A DNA stretch of 64,000 bases from a virus. Made by a program: the position numbers and the translations under genes. This document shows positions 9,332 through 19,656 of this stretch, in pieces. The DNA lies in the IMG/VR virus record IMGVR_UViG_3300021378_000004. One strand, written 5' to 3'. The notes beneath the pieces are model-generated. The model had not been told where the DNA came from and did no database searches. It was given only the letters and a program-made list of their open reading frames with translations. Every line of letters begins with the position of its first letter. Position 1 is the first letter of the stretch.

Positions 9332-10726
9332 ATGGCAGCGATAATTACAGACTCTTTTAAGAAACAAATAGTTCAAACCGTATTTGATGAAGTTTCTTTT
9401 CCAGATTCAGCATCAACACATAGGTATTATATAGGAATAGGTAGATCCGAGCAATGGGATGATAGCGAAAACGTTCCTACAGTTACAGACGCTCCTAGAA
9501 CTATAAGAAATTTAAGAGCTGGATTACAATCAATAAAATCTGCAAGTGATGTAACTTTTACTATACCAAGATATAACTGGTCTTCTGGCGCAATATATTC
9601 AGCATATGATGATAATTTAGCATCTATTCCATTAACAAATAGCTATTACGTTCTTACTGAAGATAACCAAGTATATGTGTGTTTACAGCAAGGAAAATCA
9701 TCAACTGGTGTATCAACTACTTCCACAGTTAAGCCAACAGGAACATCTATAAAAGCTTTTAAAACTGCAGATGGTTATGTTTGGAAGTTTTTATATACAT
9801 TAAGTGCGTCAAGAGCAAATAAATTTCTCTCAGCAAATTTTGTGCCAGTTGAAAAAATATTAGATTCAGCTACACTAGGAAGACCTCATACAGTTTTAGA
9901 AAATCAACAACTTTTAATACAAAATGCAGGTGTTCCTGGCCAAATTATTGGTATTAATGTGACAAACGGCGGATCAGGATATACTGGTGCACCTATTGTA
10001 AGTATACATGGCGATGGTGTTAGAGCATCAGCAACTGCAATAGTATCAGGTGGAGCAGTTACAAAGATAGAATTAGATTCAAGTGCTGATAGCGGCCTTA
10101 CAATGGGTCAAGGATATAACTTTGCTAGTGTTACAATAGCAGCTCCTAGTGGATCTGGAATTATTGCTACAGCACGCGCAATATTAGGACCAGATAGTGG
10201 AATGGGCAATGATCCAAGAGATGAATTGAAATCAACATCATTAATGTTTAATACAAAACCAAATGGAATTGAGGATAGCAATTTTATAGTAGGTCAAAAT
10301 TTTAGACAAGTTGCTTTAATAAGAGATCCTAAAAAACCTACTACAGACTCTGATTTTTCTAATTCAAGTGGTAAAGTTTTAAGATTTTTAAAATTGCAAG
10401 CTACAGCAAATACTGGCTTTTTAAATGCAACAATAACAGGTGGAACCTCTGGAGCTAAAGCTTTAGTTGATGAAGTTGCTGGTGATAAATTATATTTTCA
10501 TCAAACAGAAGATACTGGATTTTTAGATTTTCAAGAAGAAGAAGGTATTGCTGGTGGTGGTCAAACTGGCACACTTATTGCAGAAGGAACTGACGCAGAC
10601 TCTGATGCATTTACACGAGACGACGTTAACAAGCTTTCCGGAAAAGTACTATATATAGAAAATAGAGCACCAGTAACTCGATCAGCTAATCAAACAGAAG
10701 ATATAAAAGTTGTGATAACACTTTAA
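9332..10726 (+). CDS. gp8: Baseplate wedge subunit gp8
   Basis: IPRYNWSSG..YYVLTEDNQVYVCL..DGYVWKFLY..SGKVLYIENRAPVTRSANQTEDIKVVI. Confidence 0.92.
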   Translation: MAAIITDSFKKQIVQTVFDEVSFPDSASTHRYYIGIGRSEQWDDSENVPTVTDAPRTIRNLRAGLQSIKSASDVTFTIPRYNWSSGAIYSAYDDNLASIPLTNSYYVLTEDNQVYVCLQQGKSSTGVSTTSTVKPTGTSIKAFKTADGYVWKFLYTLSASRANKFLSANFVPVEKILDSATLGRPHTVLENQQLLIQNAGVPGQIIGINVTNGGSGYTGAPIVSIHGDGVRASATAIVSGGAVTKIELDSSADSGLTMGQGYNFASVTIAAPSGSGIIATARAILGPDSGMGNDPRDELKSTSLMFNTKPNGIEDSNFIVGQNFRQVALIRDPKKPTTDSDFSNSSGKVLRFLKLQATANTGFLNATITGGTSGAKALVDEVAGDKLYFHQTEDTGFLDFQEEEGIAGGGQTGTLIAEGTDADSDAFTRDDVNKLSGKVLYIENRAPVTRSANQTEDIKVVITL

Positions 10727-10737
10727 GGATATAAAAT

Positions 10738-13700
10738 ATGGCTACTACACTTACAAATTCAGTCTTTAATACAACTTATAAAGATGATTTTGCTGACAGC
10801 GCAGGATTTCATAAGATACTATTTAATTCAGGTAAGGCATTGCAGGCTCGTGAGTTAACTCAGCTTCAAACAATTTTACAAAATCAAATACAAAAATTTG
10901 GAAATAATGTATTTAAAGAAGGCGCTGTTGTTAAGCCCGGTGGCGCTAATTTAAATTCGCAATACGAATTTATAAAATTAAATACAACTATTAATACTCT
11001 TCCTGCTAATACTTCTACTATAACAACACCAGCAAGTAGTGCAAATATTTTTACAGGTGATACATCTAGTATTCAAGTTAAAGTCTTACAAGTAGTTACT
11101 GCTGCTGGTTCCGATCCCGATACTTTATATATTCAATATATGAATACGTCATCTGCTTCTTCAGGCGCAAATACACCTAGATTAACACCAGGCGAAAATA
11201 TAACTAATGGAACTGTAACGTTAACAGTTCAAACTACAAATACTTTGGATAATCCAGCAGTTGGTGTTGGTATACTTGCAACTTTATTATCTGGAATATA
11301 CTATGCAAGAGGACACTTTGTTTTTACTGAAGATCAATCAAAAATTATTTCAAAGTATAGTGATGTTAAAACAACAAATATAGGATTTAAAGCAATAGAG
11401 GATATTGTTTCTTCTATAGATGATGAAAGCTTATTTGATAATCAAGGTGCAGCTCCTAACTTAGCAGCTTCAGGCGCGGATAGATATAGAATTAAATTAA
11501 CAGTAGTTGAAGAAAGCGATGTTGATTCCGACGAAAATTTTATTCACGTAGCTACTGTAAAACAAGGTGCCATTTTCAACGCAGTAGATACAAATAACTC
11601 ATATAATATACCTAATGAAGTTATGGCAAAAAGAATTTTCGAAAATTCTGGTGATTATATTGTAAAACCGTATACTGTAGACTTTTCTTTAGATTCAGTG
11701 TCTACTCATCTAACATTAAATGTAAGTTCCGGCACAGCTGTTGTTGATGGGTTTAGAGCTCATAGAAGTTTTCCTACAACAATAAGAATTCAAAAACCAA
11801 CAGAAACAATAAGTTTAAATAACGATGTAATTGGTATCAACTACGGAAATTCTGTAATTGTAGATCCCAATACTGATTCTGCAACACGCGGTTTACCAAA
11901 CATAAATGTTTTTGAAAAGCTTACTTTAAAAGATAATTTAGACTTCACTGGTAATGACTTAGGGACTGTAAGAGTAAAAGCTATTAATGAAGATGGCTCA
12001 AATTTTAGATATCATTTATTTGATTTACAATTAAATTCTGGTTCTGCTTTTCGAAATGTTAAAAGTATTGGAACGAGTACTTCAAGCTATTTCAGACCTA
12101 CTTTAGAAAGCACAAAAGCTGTTTTAAAAGATGCGCAAAATAATACTTCTTTATTTAAACTAACGAGATTTAGACCTAAAGCATTAACAGATATTTCATT
12201 TGCAGCACAAAGAAGATTTACAGTAACTTCAAATGGTGCAGGTGAAGCTACAATAAGTGTTACAGCAGATGGTGAAACGTTTACAAATACAGACGATTGG
12301 GTAGTGGCTAAACAAGATAGTGATATATTCATTGGTGCTACAGCAAGCGGTGCTGGATCTACAGCTTCAACAATAACTGGCTTACCTGTTAGCAGCAGTT
12401 TAGAAATATTAGCTTATGTAAATAAAAGTCAAGCTTCTACAAAACAAAAAACATTAAATAATAAATCAATTACTATTAGTGTTGATAGTGACGGAAACGG
12501 CCTTAGAGTTATACCTCTTGCAACTGCTGATATTTTTGAAATAGATGAAGTGTTAAAAGAAAATGATAGTAGTGTTAGTTACGCTGATAGATTTGTTCTT
12601 GATAATGGCCAACGCGATAATTTCTATGGCCTTGGACGACTAATACTTAGAGGTGGACAATCTGCTCCAACAACAAATGTACATGTTAAATTTAAACATT
12701 TTACACATCAACCAGACGGCGATTTTTTTGCAGTAAACTCATACGCTGGTCAAGTAGATTATAATAGAATACCGAAATACAGATTTAGTAATGGTAAAGT
12801 CATAAATTTAAGAGACTACGCTGATTTTAGGCCAGTTATGGATTCTGGAGGAGAGTTTGTAGGAACTGCTGCTAGAGTAATTGAACAACCTCAAAATGGA
12901 ACTTTAGTTACTGCCGATGCAGAATATTATTTAAATAGAGCATCTAAATTAGTAGTTGATAGAGAAGGCGTTATTAGACTTATAAATGGAATACCGTCGT
13001 TTAATCCAGCCATACCAGAAAAACCAGATCAAACATTAGCGCTATATGATCTCATATTGCGTGGTAATACTGACGATGATTCTGATGTTACAGTAACAAA
13101 GATAGAGCATAAAAGATTTACTATGAAAGATATTGCTCAGCTTGAAAAAAGATTAGCAAATCTTGAAGAAGTTACTTCATTAAGTTTACTTGAAGTTGAT
13201 ACAAAGCATTTACAAGTTTTAGATTCTGCAGGTAATAATAGAACGAAGTCAGGATTTATAGTTGATAATTTTGCTGATCATTCTAAATCACATACGCTAG
13301 GCGGATACAGAGCAGCAATAGATCCTTTACAGCAAGAGCTTAGACCAAGTTTTAAAGAAGATAACATAAGACTTATATATGATTCAGCTTCATCTACAAA
13401 TACAATAAAAAAAGGTGATAACGTTTATATAGCTTACGACGAAACACCATATATCAATCAAAATTTTGCTAGTAAGGCTATTAAACTTAATCCATTTGCT
13501 GTAATAATATACGATGGCACAACTACTTTATCACCGTCATCAGATGAATGGAGAGATGTTGATAGAAGACAAGATAAAATAATACAAGGCGGCACAAGAT
13601 TATCAACTGTGAATGCTTATAATTGGAATAATTGGTCTTGGAGTTGGGGTGGAGTTTCTCTTGAAAATTTACAAGTAGGTTTTTCTACAAATGTTCAATC

Positions 13701-14460
13701 TGGCGTTGTAAATAGAATTGTTAGTGAAGAAACTGTTTTAGATTTAGTTGAAGATAGAGTTTTACAAACTGCATTTTTACCATTTATGAGAGCTAGAAAA
13801 GTTTTCTTTAAAGTTCAAGGATTAAGACCAAATACTCGAGTATTTCCTTTTTTAGATGGAAACAATATATCAGATTTTACAAGATCTGAAACATTTCAAT
13901 TCTATTCTGATACTAATATTGATTTCGGAAACACACTTAAAAACACAACTGCTCATCCAGATGGTTCAAGCAATTTGATCACTGATGCTAACGGCGATGT
14001 ATCAGGATCATTTATAGTTCCTAACAATGATACTTTAAAAATAAGAGTCGGTACTAAAGAATTTAAGATAATGGATATTAGTGCTGATAACGAAAAAAAT
14101 GCAGGTTGTATTGCAAAAGCGCCGTATTCAGCTGCAGGACTTTTAGACACAAAAGAAGCAACTTATTCTAGCACTAGACAATTAAATGTAACAAGTGTAA
14201 ACGTTCGAACTGCTTCAGTTTATCAAGGAGATGACGGCGGCGGTGGTGGCCCAACTCACGGCAGTGGAACAAAAGGCTCTTGGACAACTGGCCCAGAAGC
14301 ATTTGGAATTAGTCATAATCAGCAAGGTTATTCTTTCTCTGATGACGCTCAAGCAACTGACACTGGGTATGGAGCAGGTGATGATCCTACTGGTAATTCA
14401 GATGGTGGAAGTGACAATAGCGGAGGTGGAAATGCTAGTGATATGGGCGATGCAACATAA
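10738..14460 (+). CDS. Large virion structural protein, VrlC/DUF4815-like (N-terminal part)
   Basis: YKDDF..ILFNSGKALQARELTQLQTILQNQI; RFTMKDIAQLEKRL..LSLLE; KSGFIVDNF; PFMRAR motifs. Usual position after gp8 in marine T4-like phages. Confidence 0.85.
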   Translation: MATTLTNSVFNTTYKDDFADSAGFHKILFNSGKALQARELTQLQTILQNQIQKFGNNVFKEGAVVKPGGANLNSQYEFIKLNTTINTLPANTSTITTPASSANIFTGDTSSIQVKVLQVVTAAGSDPDTLYIQYMNTSSASSGANTPRLTPGENITNGTVTLTVQTTNTLDNPAVGVGILATLLSGIYYARGHFVFTEDQSKIISKYSDVKTTNIGFKAIEDIVSSIDDESLFDNQGAAPNLAASGADRYRIKLTVVEESDVDSDENFIHVATVKQGAIFNAVDTNNSYNIPNEVMAKRIFENSGDYIVKPYTVDFSLDSVSTHLTLNVSSGTAVVDGFRAHRSFPTTIRIQKPTETISLNNDVIGINYGNSVIVDPNTDSATRGLPNINVFEKLTLKDNLDFTGNDLGTVRVKAINEDGSNFRYHLFDLQLNSGSAFRNVKSIGTSTSSYFRPTLESTKAVLKDAQNNTSLFKLTRFRPKALTDISFAAQRRFTVTSNGAGEATISVTADGETFTNTDDWVVAKQDSDIFIGATASGAGSTASTITGLPVSSSLEILAYVNKSQASTKQKTLNNKSITISVDSDGNGLRVIPLATADIFEIDEVLKENDSSVSYADRFVLDNGQRDNFYGLGRLILRGGQSAPTTNVHVKFKHFTHQPDGDFFAVNSYAGQVDYNRIPKYRFSNGKVINLRDYADFRPVMDSGGEFVGTAARVIEQPQNGTLVTADAEYYLNRASKLVVDREGVIRLINGIPSFNPAIPEKPDQTLALYDLILRGNTDDDSDVTVTKIEHKRFTMKDIAQLEKRLANLEEVTSLSLLEVDTKHLQVLDSAGNNRTKSGFIVDNFADHSKSHTLGGYRAAIDPLQQELRPSFKEDNIRLIYDSASSTNTIKKGDNVYIAYDETPYINQNFASKAIKLNPFAVIIYDGTTTLSPSSDEWRDVDRRQDKIIQGGTRLSTVNAYNWNNWSWSWGGVSLENLQVGFSTNVQSGVVNRIVSEETVLDLVEDRVLQTAFLPFMRARKVFFKVQGLRPNTRVFPFLDGNNISDFTRSETFQFYSDTNIDFGNTLKNTTAHPDGSSNLITDANGDVSGSFIVPNNDTLKIRVGTKEFKIMDISADNEKNAGCIAKAPYSAAGLLDTKEATYSSTRQLNVTSVNVRTASVYQGDDGGGGGPTHGSGTKGSWTTGPEAFGISHNQQGYSFSDDAQATDTGYGAGDDPTGNSDGGSDNSGGGNASDMGDAT

Positions 14461-14478
14461 AATTTTAGGAGATATAAT

Positions 14479-16059
14479 ATGGCAGTAACTTCACTAGGTT
14501 ACAAAGCAAATAAACAACCAATAGCTCAATCGTTCTATATTGATGCGCCTAATGGAATATATTGTACAAAGGTTGATTTGTTTTTTAGTGCAAAAGATAG
14601 CACTTTACCAGTTCAATTACACTTAAGGCCAATGGTTCAAGGTTTTCCATCAGCAAGTGAAATAATTCCAGGATCACAAGTGACATTAGCTAGTTCTAGT
14701 ATAAACGTTGATACAGTCGGGCCAGACTTAAATGCAACTTCATTTGCATTTGATGAACCTATTTTTTTAAAAGGTAAAGAAGATTATGCTCTTGTAGTAA
14801 CAGCAGATTCAAAAGATTATGAAATATACATAGCTGAGATTAATGAATTTACTTTTGGTTCTACTGAAAGAAGAGTTAATAAAAATCCAATTACTGGAAG
14901 TTTGTTTTATTCTCAAAACTCTGCTACTTTTACGCCTTCTCAAAATCAAGACTTAGCTTTTGTTTTACATCAAGCAAAATTTAAGCATACTACTGCAAAT
15001 GTTATTTTACACAACGCTTCTGTTTCAAAAAGAAAGTTAAACAACAATGCTTTAAAAACAACTTCAGGAAGTCAAACTGTAACAGTTAATCATTTAAATC
15101 ATGGTTTAGAAGTTGGTAATAAGGTTACTATATCTGGTGCTACCGCTGGTGGTGGAATGTTAGCTTCATCAATAAATGGAGCTAGAACAGTGGTTGCAAA
15201 GGATTTTACTGGATATACTTTTAATGCAGATTCTGCAGCTGATTCTGATGCTATAGCTGGAGGCGCAAATATACTAGCAGATAGAAACATACCATATAGT
15301 TTAATATATCCAAACATACAACTGCTAAAACCTAAAGATACGTTTATTGATGCTGGAATGAAAGCCGTGACTGGGAAGTCATTTGCAGGTGATGAACCAG
15401 CATTTCAAAAAGCTTCTACCTTTGAAGGAATTCAAATAAATCAAAACAATGCTGCTTCTAAAGTTTATTTAATTGCTCACGATTCTGCTGAAATTGCAGA
15501 ACTAGAAGCTGGGGAAAAATCACTTGACGTTCAACTAAATCTTAGTACTAATGATTCCAACGTTTCTCCTATGTTAGACTTACAAAGAACATCGATGTCG
15601 TTATTTAGCACGCTTATTGATAGGCAATACGATTCATCAGTAACATCACCTGGAGAATTCAATGCTCCACTTAATTTTGTTAATGAAACTTCACCTACTA
15701 CAGGAAGTTCAGCGGCAAGGCACATTACTAAAGTTTATTCTTTGCAAACTGACGCAGTAGGTCTTAAAGTATTAATTGATGCCAACGTTCCAGATGCAGC
15801 AGACTTTCAGTTGTATTTTAGAACTGCGTCAGCTGACGAAAATATTTTTACTAAAAATTACACGCTACAGACTTCTGATAATATTTTACCAAAAGATAAT
15901 AATCCTAATGTATTTAGAGGATACGAATTTTTAATTGGTGGTCAAGGCGGATCAATGGTTGCTTTTACAAAGCTTCAATTAAAAATAGTAATGAGAAGTA
16001 CAAATCAGGCTATAGTTCCTAGATTTAGAGCGCTTAGAATAATAGCATTGAGTGTATAA
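14479..16059 (+). CDS. Virion structural protein, VrlC/DUF4815-like C-terminal part
   Basis: PIAQSFYID..GIYCTKVDLFF..KD; GSLFYSQNSATFT..QDLAF; C-terminal VPRFRALRIIAL. Has its own AGGAG RBS. Confidence 0.8.
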   Translation: MAVTSLGYKANKQPIAQSFYIDAPNGIYCTKVDLFFSAKDSTLPVQLHLRPMVQGFPSASEIIPGSQVTLASSSINVDTVGPDLNATSFAFDEPIFLKGKEDYALVVTADSKDYEIYIAEINEFTFGSTERRVNKNPITGSLFYSQNSATFTPSQNQDLAFVLHQAKFKHTTANVILHNASVSKRKLNNNALKTTSGSQTVTVNHLNHGLEVGNKVTISGATAGGGMLASSINGARTVVAKDFTGYTFNADSAADSDAIAGGANILADRNIPYSLIYPNIQLLKPKDTFIDAGMKAVTGKSFAGDEPAFQKASTFEGIQINQNNAASKVYLIAHDSAEIAELEAGEKSLDVQLNLSTNDSNVSPMLDLQRTSMSLFSTLIDRQYDSSVTSPGEFNAPLNFVNETSPTTGSSAARHITKVYSLQTDAVGLKVLIDANVPDAADFQLYFRTASADENIFTKNYTLQTSDNILPKDNNPNVFRGYEFLIGGQGGSMVAFTKLQLKIVMRSTNQAIVPRFRALRIIALSV

Positions 16060-16268
16060 TGGCTTTACTTAAGGTTGAAGGCCATACTGATTATTTAAAA
16101 GACACAAATACTGGTGTAGTACATAATAATAACACTAGTGAAATTGAAGCAGCTCGTATGAGAAAAACTCAAAAAAAGCAACAGCAAGAGGATATAAATA
16201 ACCTTAAGAACGAAGTTAATGATATAAAAAAAATGTTAACACAAATTGTAGAGAAATTAAATGGCTAA
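16059..16268 (+). CDS. Small conserved coiled-coil protein of T4-like phages
   Basis: KVEGH..KDTNTGVV..INNLKNEVNDIKKMLTQI; translationally coupled to both neighbours. Confidence 0.7.
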   Translation: MALLKVEGHTDYLKDTNTGVVHNNNTSEIEAARMRKTQKKQQQEDINNLKNEVNDIKKMLTQIVEKLNG

Positions 16269-16887
16269 AACTATAATAAACTTATCTGATCCAGTATCAA
16301 CATTAGTTTCTAAAACTAATATAATATCAAGCCACTTAGGTGATATAACTCAATTACAAGTACCGGCAAACGCGGATTCTGATATAGTACAAGCAATAAA
16401 TCACGTTTTTGCAAATAGCACTGATTCTGGTGTCATCACTGGACTTGTTGATTCTGCTTACATACAAGCAAGACAAAGTCCTGCAACTTCGCGTGATACT
16501 GTATTGCCGTTTTTTATAAAAGATAGTGCAAATGGTATAGGTCTTGATTCTTCGGAAGGAAGATTCTTTATTCCTAGTAACACTGTTAGTACATCAATGA
16601 TTGAATCTACTGCAATTACAACAGCAAAAATTGCTGGTGACGCTGTTGATGGAACAAAAATTGCCGATGACACTATCAATTCTGAACATTATGTTGATGG
16701 TTCAATTGATACTCAACATATTGGTGACTTACAAGTAACAACTGCAAAAATTGCAGATGATAACATAACTGAAGATAAAATGGCTAATGATGCTGTAGGA
16801 TCCGCTGAATTAAAATCATTATCCACGTTGTTAATTAAAGATGTTAATGGAACTACGTTGAAAACTATTCACGGCGCTGGAGCTTAA
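16261..16887 (+). CDS. Short fibre/fibritin-like virion protein
   Basis: N-terminal KTN..LGD..DIVQAIN motif and ~10-aa [AV]TTAKIADD repeats. Confidence 0.6.
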   Translation: MAKTIINLSDPVSTLVSKTNIISSHLGDITQLQVPANADSDIVQAINHVFANSTDSGVITGLVDSAYIQARQSPATSRDTVLPFFIKDSANGIGLDSSEGRFFIPSNTVSTSMIESTAITTAKIAGDAVDGTKIADDTINSEHYVDGSIDTQHIGDLQVTTAKIADDNITEDKMANDAVGSAELKSLSTLLIKDVNGTTLKTIHGAGA

Positions 16888-16890
16888 ATT

Positions 16891-17910
16891 ATGGTGGATA
16901 TAGTTCTTAAACAAACATCTTCAGGCGGTGTTATTCAGGAGATGGACTCTTCTGATAAAGACTATATTGAGCATACAATTCTTACAGATTTTTATAGCTC
17001 TGATACTGGTGTAGGCACAATAAGTGTAAATCCAACAGATACTACTGGTTTAACTTTAATTGGTTCATTTGTTGATACAAAACGCCCAGCTGCAGTAGGT
17101 GCTCATCCTGTTGGAACAAATGTGACAACCGTAACTACTTATAATTTTTATCAAGATCTAGGAACAGCAACTGAAAGCATAACAAATGCAACTAGGCCAG
17201 TTGCTCTTGACAGTTTAGCAGATATTCAACGAATGTCTGATTCAGAGACAAATGATGATTTTGTTTTTTCCACACAACAAAACTTAGTAGCTAGCGGAGT
17301 TGGTAGCTATAAGCTTCAGCCTTCAGCACCTACAGACGGAACATGGGTAGAAAAAGCAGCTATAGTAGATTCATTGCAAAGTACATCAAATACAATTAAA
17401 CTTTGGAGAAAATCTGCACCAGCAACTGCACCTACTGTTGTAAGACCTTTAAAATTTGTAGCTGGTTCTGGTTCATTAAGAGAATTAACAAATACTGAAA
17501 TTAATAAATTCACGCCAAGGCTAAGAAATAGAATAGTTGCAAACGGAATAGGGCAATATAGATTACAAACAGCAGCGCCTTCTGATGCCGGCACATGGAT
17601 TCAAGTAGGATCTGATATTATTGATACTAGACATCAAGTAAGCAATCAAAATTATACTGGATTTTTTACTAATACATTTTCAAATACATTTAGTAATACA
17701 TTTACTGGATATTATAGTGGAACCTATAACAGATATGCTTCGTTTAGTGGAGCTTTCCAAGGAAGTTTTTCCGGAAGTAGAGCAAAAAACTTTACTGGAT
17801 ATTTCACAGGCACTTTTACAGGCACTTTCACAGCCACTTTCACAGGATTAACAGTACAAAGTTCAACTGAAAACGTAACTACTAAAAAATTGTGGATAAG
17901 AGTAGCTTAA
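16891..17910 (+). CDS. Putative virion protein with three internal domain repeats and a [FY]-[TS]-[GN]-x tetrapeptide tract
   Basis: Repeated GVG/GIG..DT..KLW modules; tract YTGFFTNTFSNTFSNTFTGYYSG..FTGYFTGTFTGTFTATFTG. Confidence 0.6.
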   Translation: MVDIVLKQTSSGGVIQEMDSSDKDYIEHTILTDFYSSDTGVGTISVNPTDTTGLTLIGSFVDTKRPAAVGAHPVGTNVTTVTTYNFYQDLGTATESITNATRPVALDSLADIQRMSDSETNDDFVFSTQQNLVASGVGSYKLQPSAPTDGTWVEKAAIVDSLQSTSNTIKLWRKSAPATAPTVVRPLKFVAGSGSLRELTNTEINKFTPRLRNRIVANGIGQYRLQTAAPSDAGTWIQVGSDIIDTRHQVSNQNYTGFFTNTFSNTFSNTFTGYYSGTYNRYASFSGAFQGSFSGSRAKNFTGYFTGTFTGTFTATFTGLTVQSSTENVTTKKLWIRVA

Positions 17911-17931
17911 TTATTATTATTGGAGTTTATT

Positions 17932-18351
17932 ATGAAAAGAACTATCAAAAACCCTTATTGGGCAAATAACACAAAAAAACAAATTATATGCGAGTTTCAT
18001 TACGAAAATAGCGAAACTATAGAAACTGCTTCGATCACTAACACTGAAGAAGGAAATCCCGACTGGAAAGAAATATTTGAAACTTTCACTGTAGAAGAAA
18101 TAGATAATACTACTAAAACTTATCTGGCTGAACATATAAAAGAACGGGAAAAAAGAAGAGAGATTCATAAAGACGAGATAGAAAGAATGAAGAGCGATAC
18201 ATTATTTGATGCTAAGCTCGAAGCATTTGAAATAGAAATTATAAAAATTTCTAAGAATAGAGAATTTAAATCTCGTATAAGAAAAGCAAAAAGTATTATG
18301 GAAGTGACAGCATTAACTGCTGCACTAATTATGTTAGAAAATGAAAAATAA
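17932..18351 (+). CDS. Hypothetical protein, possibly fibre assembly chaperone-like
   Basis: ATG at 17932 with GGAG RBS at 17922-17925, preferred over TTG 17920. KNPYWANN..IICEF N-terminus resembles small proteins that follow fibre genes. Confidence 0.5.
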   Translation: MKRTIKNPYWANNTKKQIICEFHYENSETIETASITNTEEGNPDWKEIFETFTVEEIDNTTKTYLAEHIKEREKRREIHKDEIERMKSDTLFDAKLEAFEIEIIKISKNREFKSRIRKAKSIMEVTALTAALIMLENEK

Positions 18352-19042
18352 CGGATTTATATATGTTGCTAGCAAATATAAAGAATTTATAAACGCTGCA
18401 AGATTTTCAGCCAATAGTTTAAAAGATCATTGGCCTTTATCAAATATTACTTTATTTACTCATAAAGAATGGTTAACTGAATTTGACTATTCTTTATTTG
18501 ATAATATTATAACACAAGATGTTCCTTATCACAATAGAACTAAATTATGGGCTCTAGACAAAACCCCATATAATTTAACATGTTACATAGATTGTGATAC
18601 TTGGATAGAGCATGATAATATAAAGTTTATATTTGATCAATTTGATAATAATTCTGATATAACAATAACAAAGTGTAGAAGTTATGCAGCGTCTATTGAC
18701 TCATCATTTAAAGGTGGAGAGCTTACAGATCATTGTGGATTATTTTTATATAACAATAAGAAACATACATTAAATTTTATGAAGCAATGGTGGCTTTTAT
18801 ATTGTAAACAGTATGAAGGTTCCTGGAATTGGGACACACACTTATATCCAGAATATTTAAGACCATGGGATATGTGGACTTACTGGTGGTTACAGAACAA
18901 AACTGAGCATGCTATAAAAAGATCATATTTTCCAGACCCAGATGCTAAATGGAATTTTGTATATGTTTATAAAGAAGAAGAATTGCAAGGACATGAAAAA
19001 ATAATATCGCATCAGCCTATACCTCAAGCGATGAGAACTTAA
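18341..19042 (+). CDS. GT-A fold glycosyltransferase (nucleotide-diphospho-sugar transferase)
   Basis: GFIYVAS..A..SANSLK..ITLFT; RTKLWAL..TPY..TCYIDCD (DxD motif); HCGLFLY; WDMWTYW; KWN. Confidence 0.75.
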   Translation: MKNNGFIYVASKYKEFINAARFSANSLKDHWPLSNITLFTHKEWLTEFDYSLFDNIITQDVPYHNRTKLWALDKTPYNLTCYIDCDTWIEHDNIKFIFDQFDNNSDITITKCRSYAASIDSSFKGGELTDHCGLFLYNNKKHTLNFMKQWWLLYCKQYEGSWNWDTHLYPEYLRPWDMWTYWWLQNKTEHAIKRSYFPDPDAKWNFVYVYKEEELQGHEKIISHQPIPQAMRT

Positions 19043-19656
19043 TGATTAATATAAAAATACAAAATAAGCAAATAATCAATTTACTGAATGAGTGGTCATC
19101 TTGGTTTGAAAACGTAAATAAATCATTATTTAAATTACAAGGAGAAACTGATAAAAACGATTATTATACAGAAGAAAAATATTTTAAAAATATAGATAAA
19201 GAAAAACACGTTGGCTGGCCAGAAGTAAGTTATGGTGTAGATATAAATTTGCCAAATACAACTTCAGTAAATTTAAGAGAAAGAATAAGACAAATAGATT
19301 CAGATTTTAATAATGTATTAAGTGCTAAATATTGTGCAGTTAAAATGTATTATCCTAAAGGTGGATATATGGGTTGGCATAATAATCATAATGCTAATGG
19401 ATATAATATACTCTTTTCTTATACAAAGAACGGAAAAGGATATTTTAGATATAAAGATCCTATAACTTTAGAAACTATAACTATGCATGACACACCAGGA
19501 TGGACAGCTAAAGTTGGTTATTATGGTATGCTTTCAGAAAAAAATAAAATATATTGGCATTGTGCTCGAGCTTATGAGGATAGATTAACTTTAGGATTTG
19601 TTGTACCTAATAAAGATTTTTGGGAAATGATGATTGAAGACATTGAATCAATATAA
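19042..19656 (+). CDS. Double-stranded beta-helix, 2OG-Fe(II) oxygenase-like protein
   Basis: YYPKGGYMGWHNN..ILFSY..G.F.Y..YWHCA..RLTLGF gives the Hx(D/N)..H..R pattern. Confidence 0.65.
   Translation: MINIKIQNKQIINLLNEWSSWFENVNKSLFKLQGETDKNDYYTEEKYFKNIDKEKHVGWPEVSYGVDINLPNTTSVNLRERIRQIDSDFNNVLSAKYCAVKMYYPKGGYMGWHNNHNANGYNILFSYTKNGKGYFRYKDPITLETITMHDTPGWTAKVGYYGMLSEKNKIYWHCARAYEDRLTLGFVVPNKDFWEMMIEDIESI

Noticed and set aside
17920-17931. TTG start given by the ORF track
   Set aside because: GGAG at 17922-17925 is positioned as the RBS for ATG 17932.
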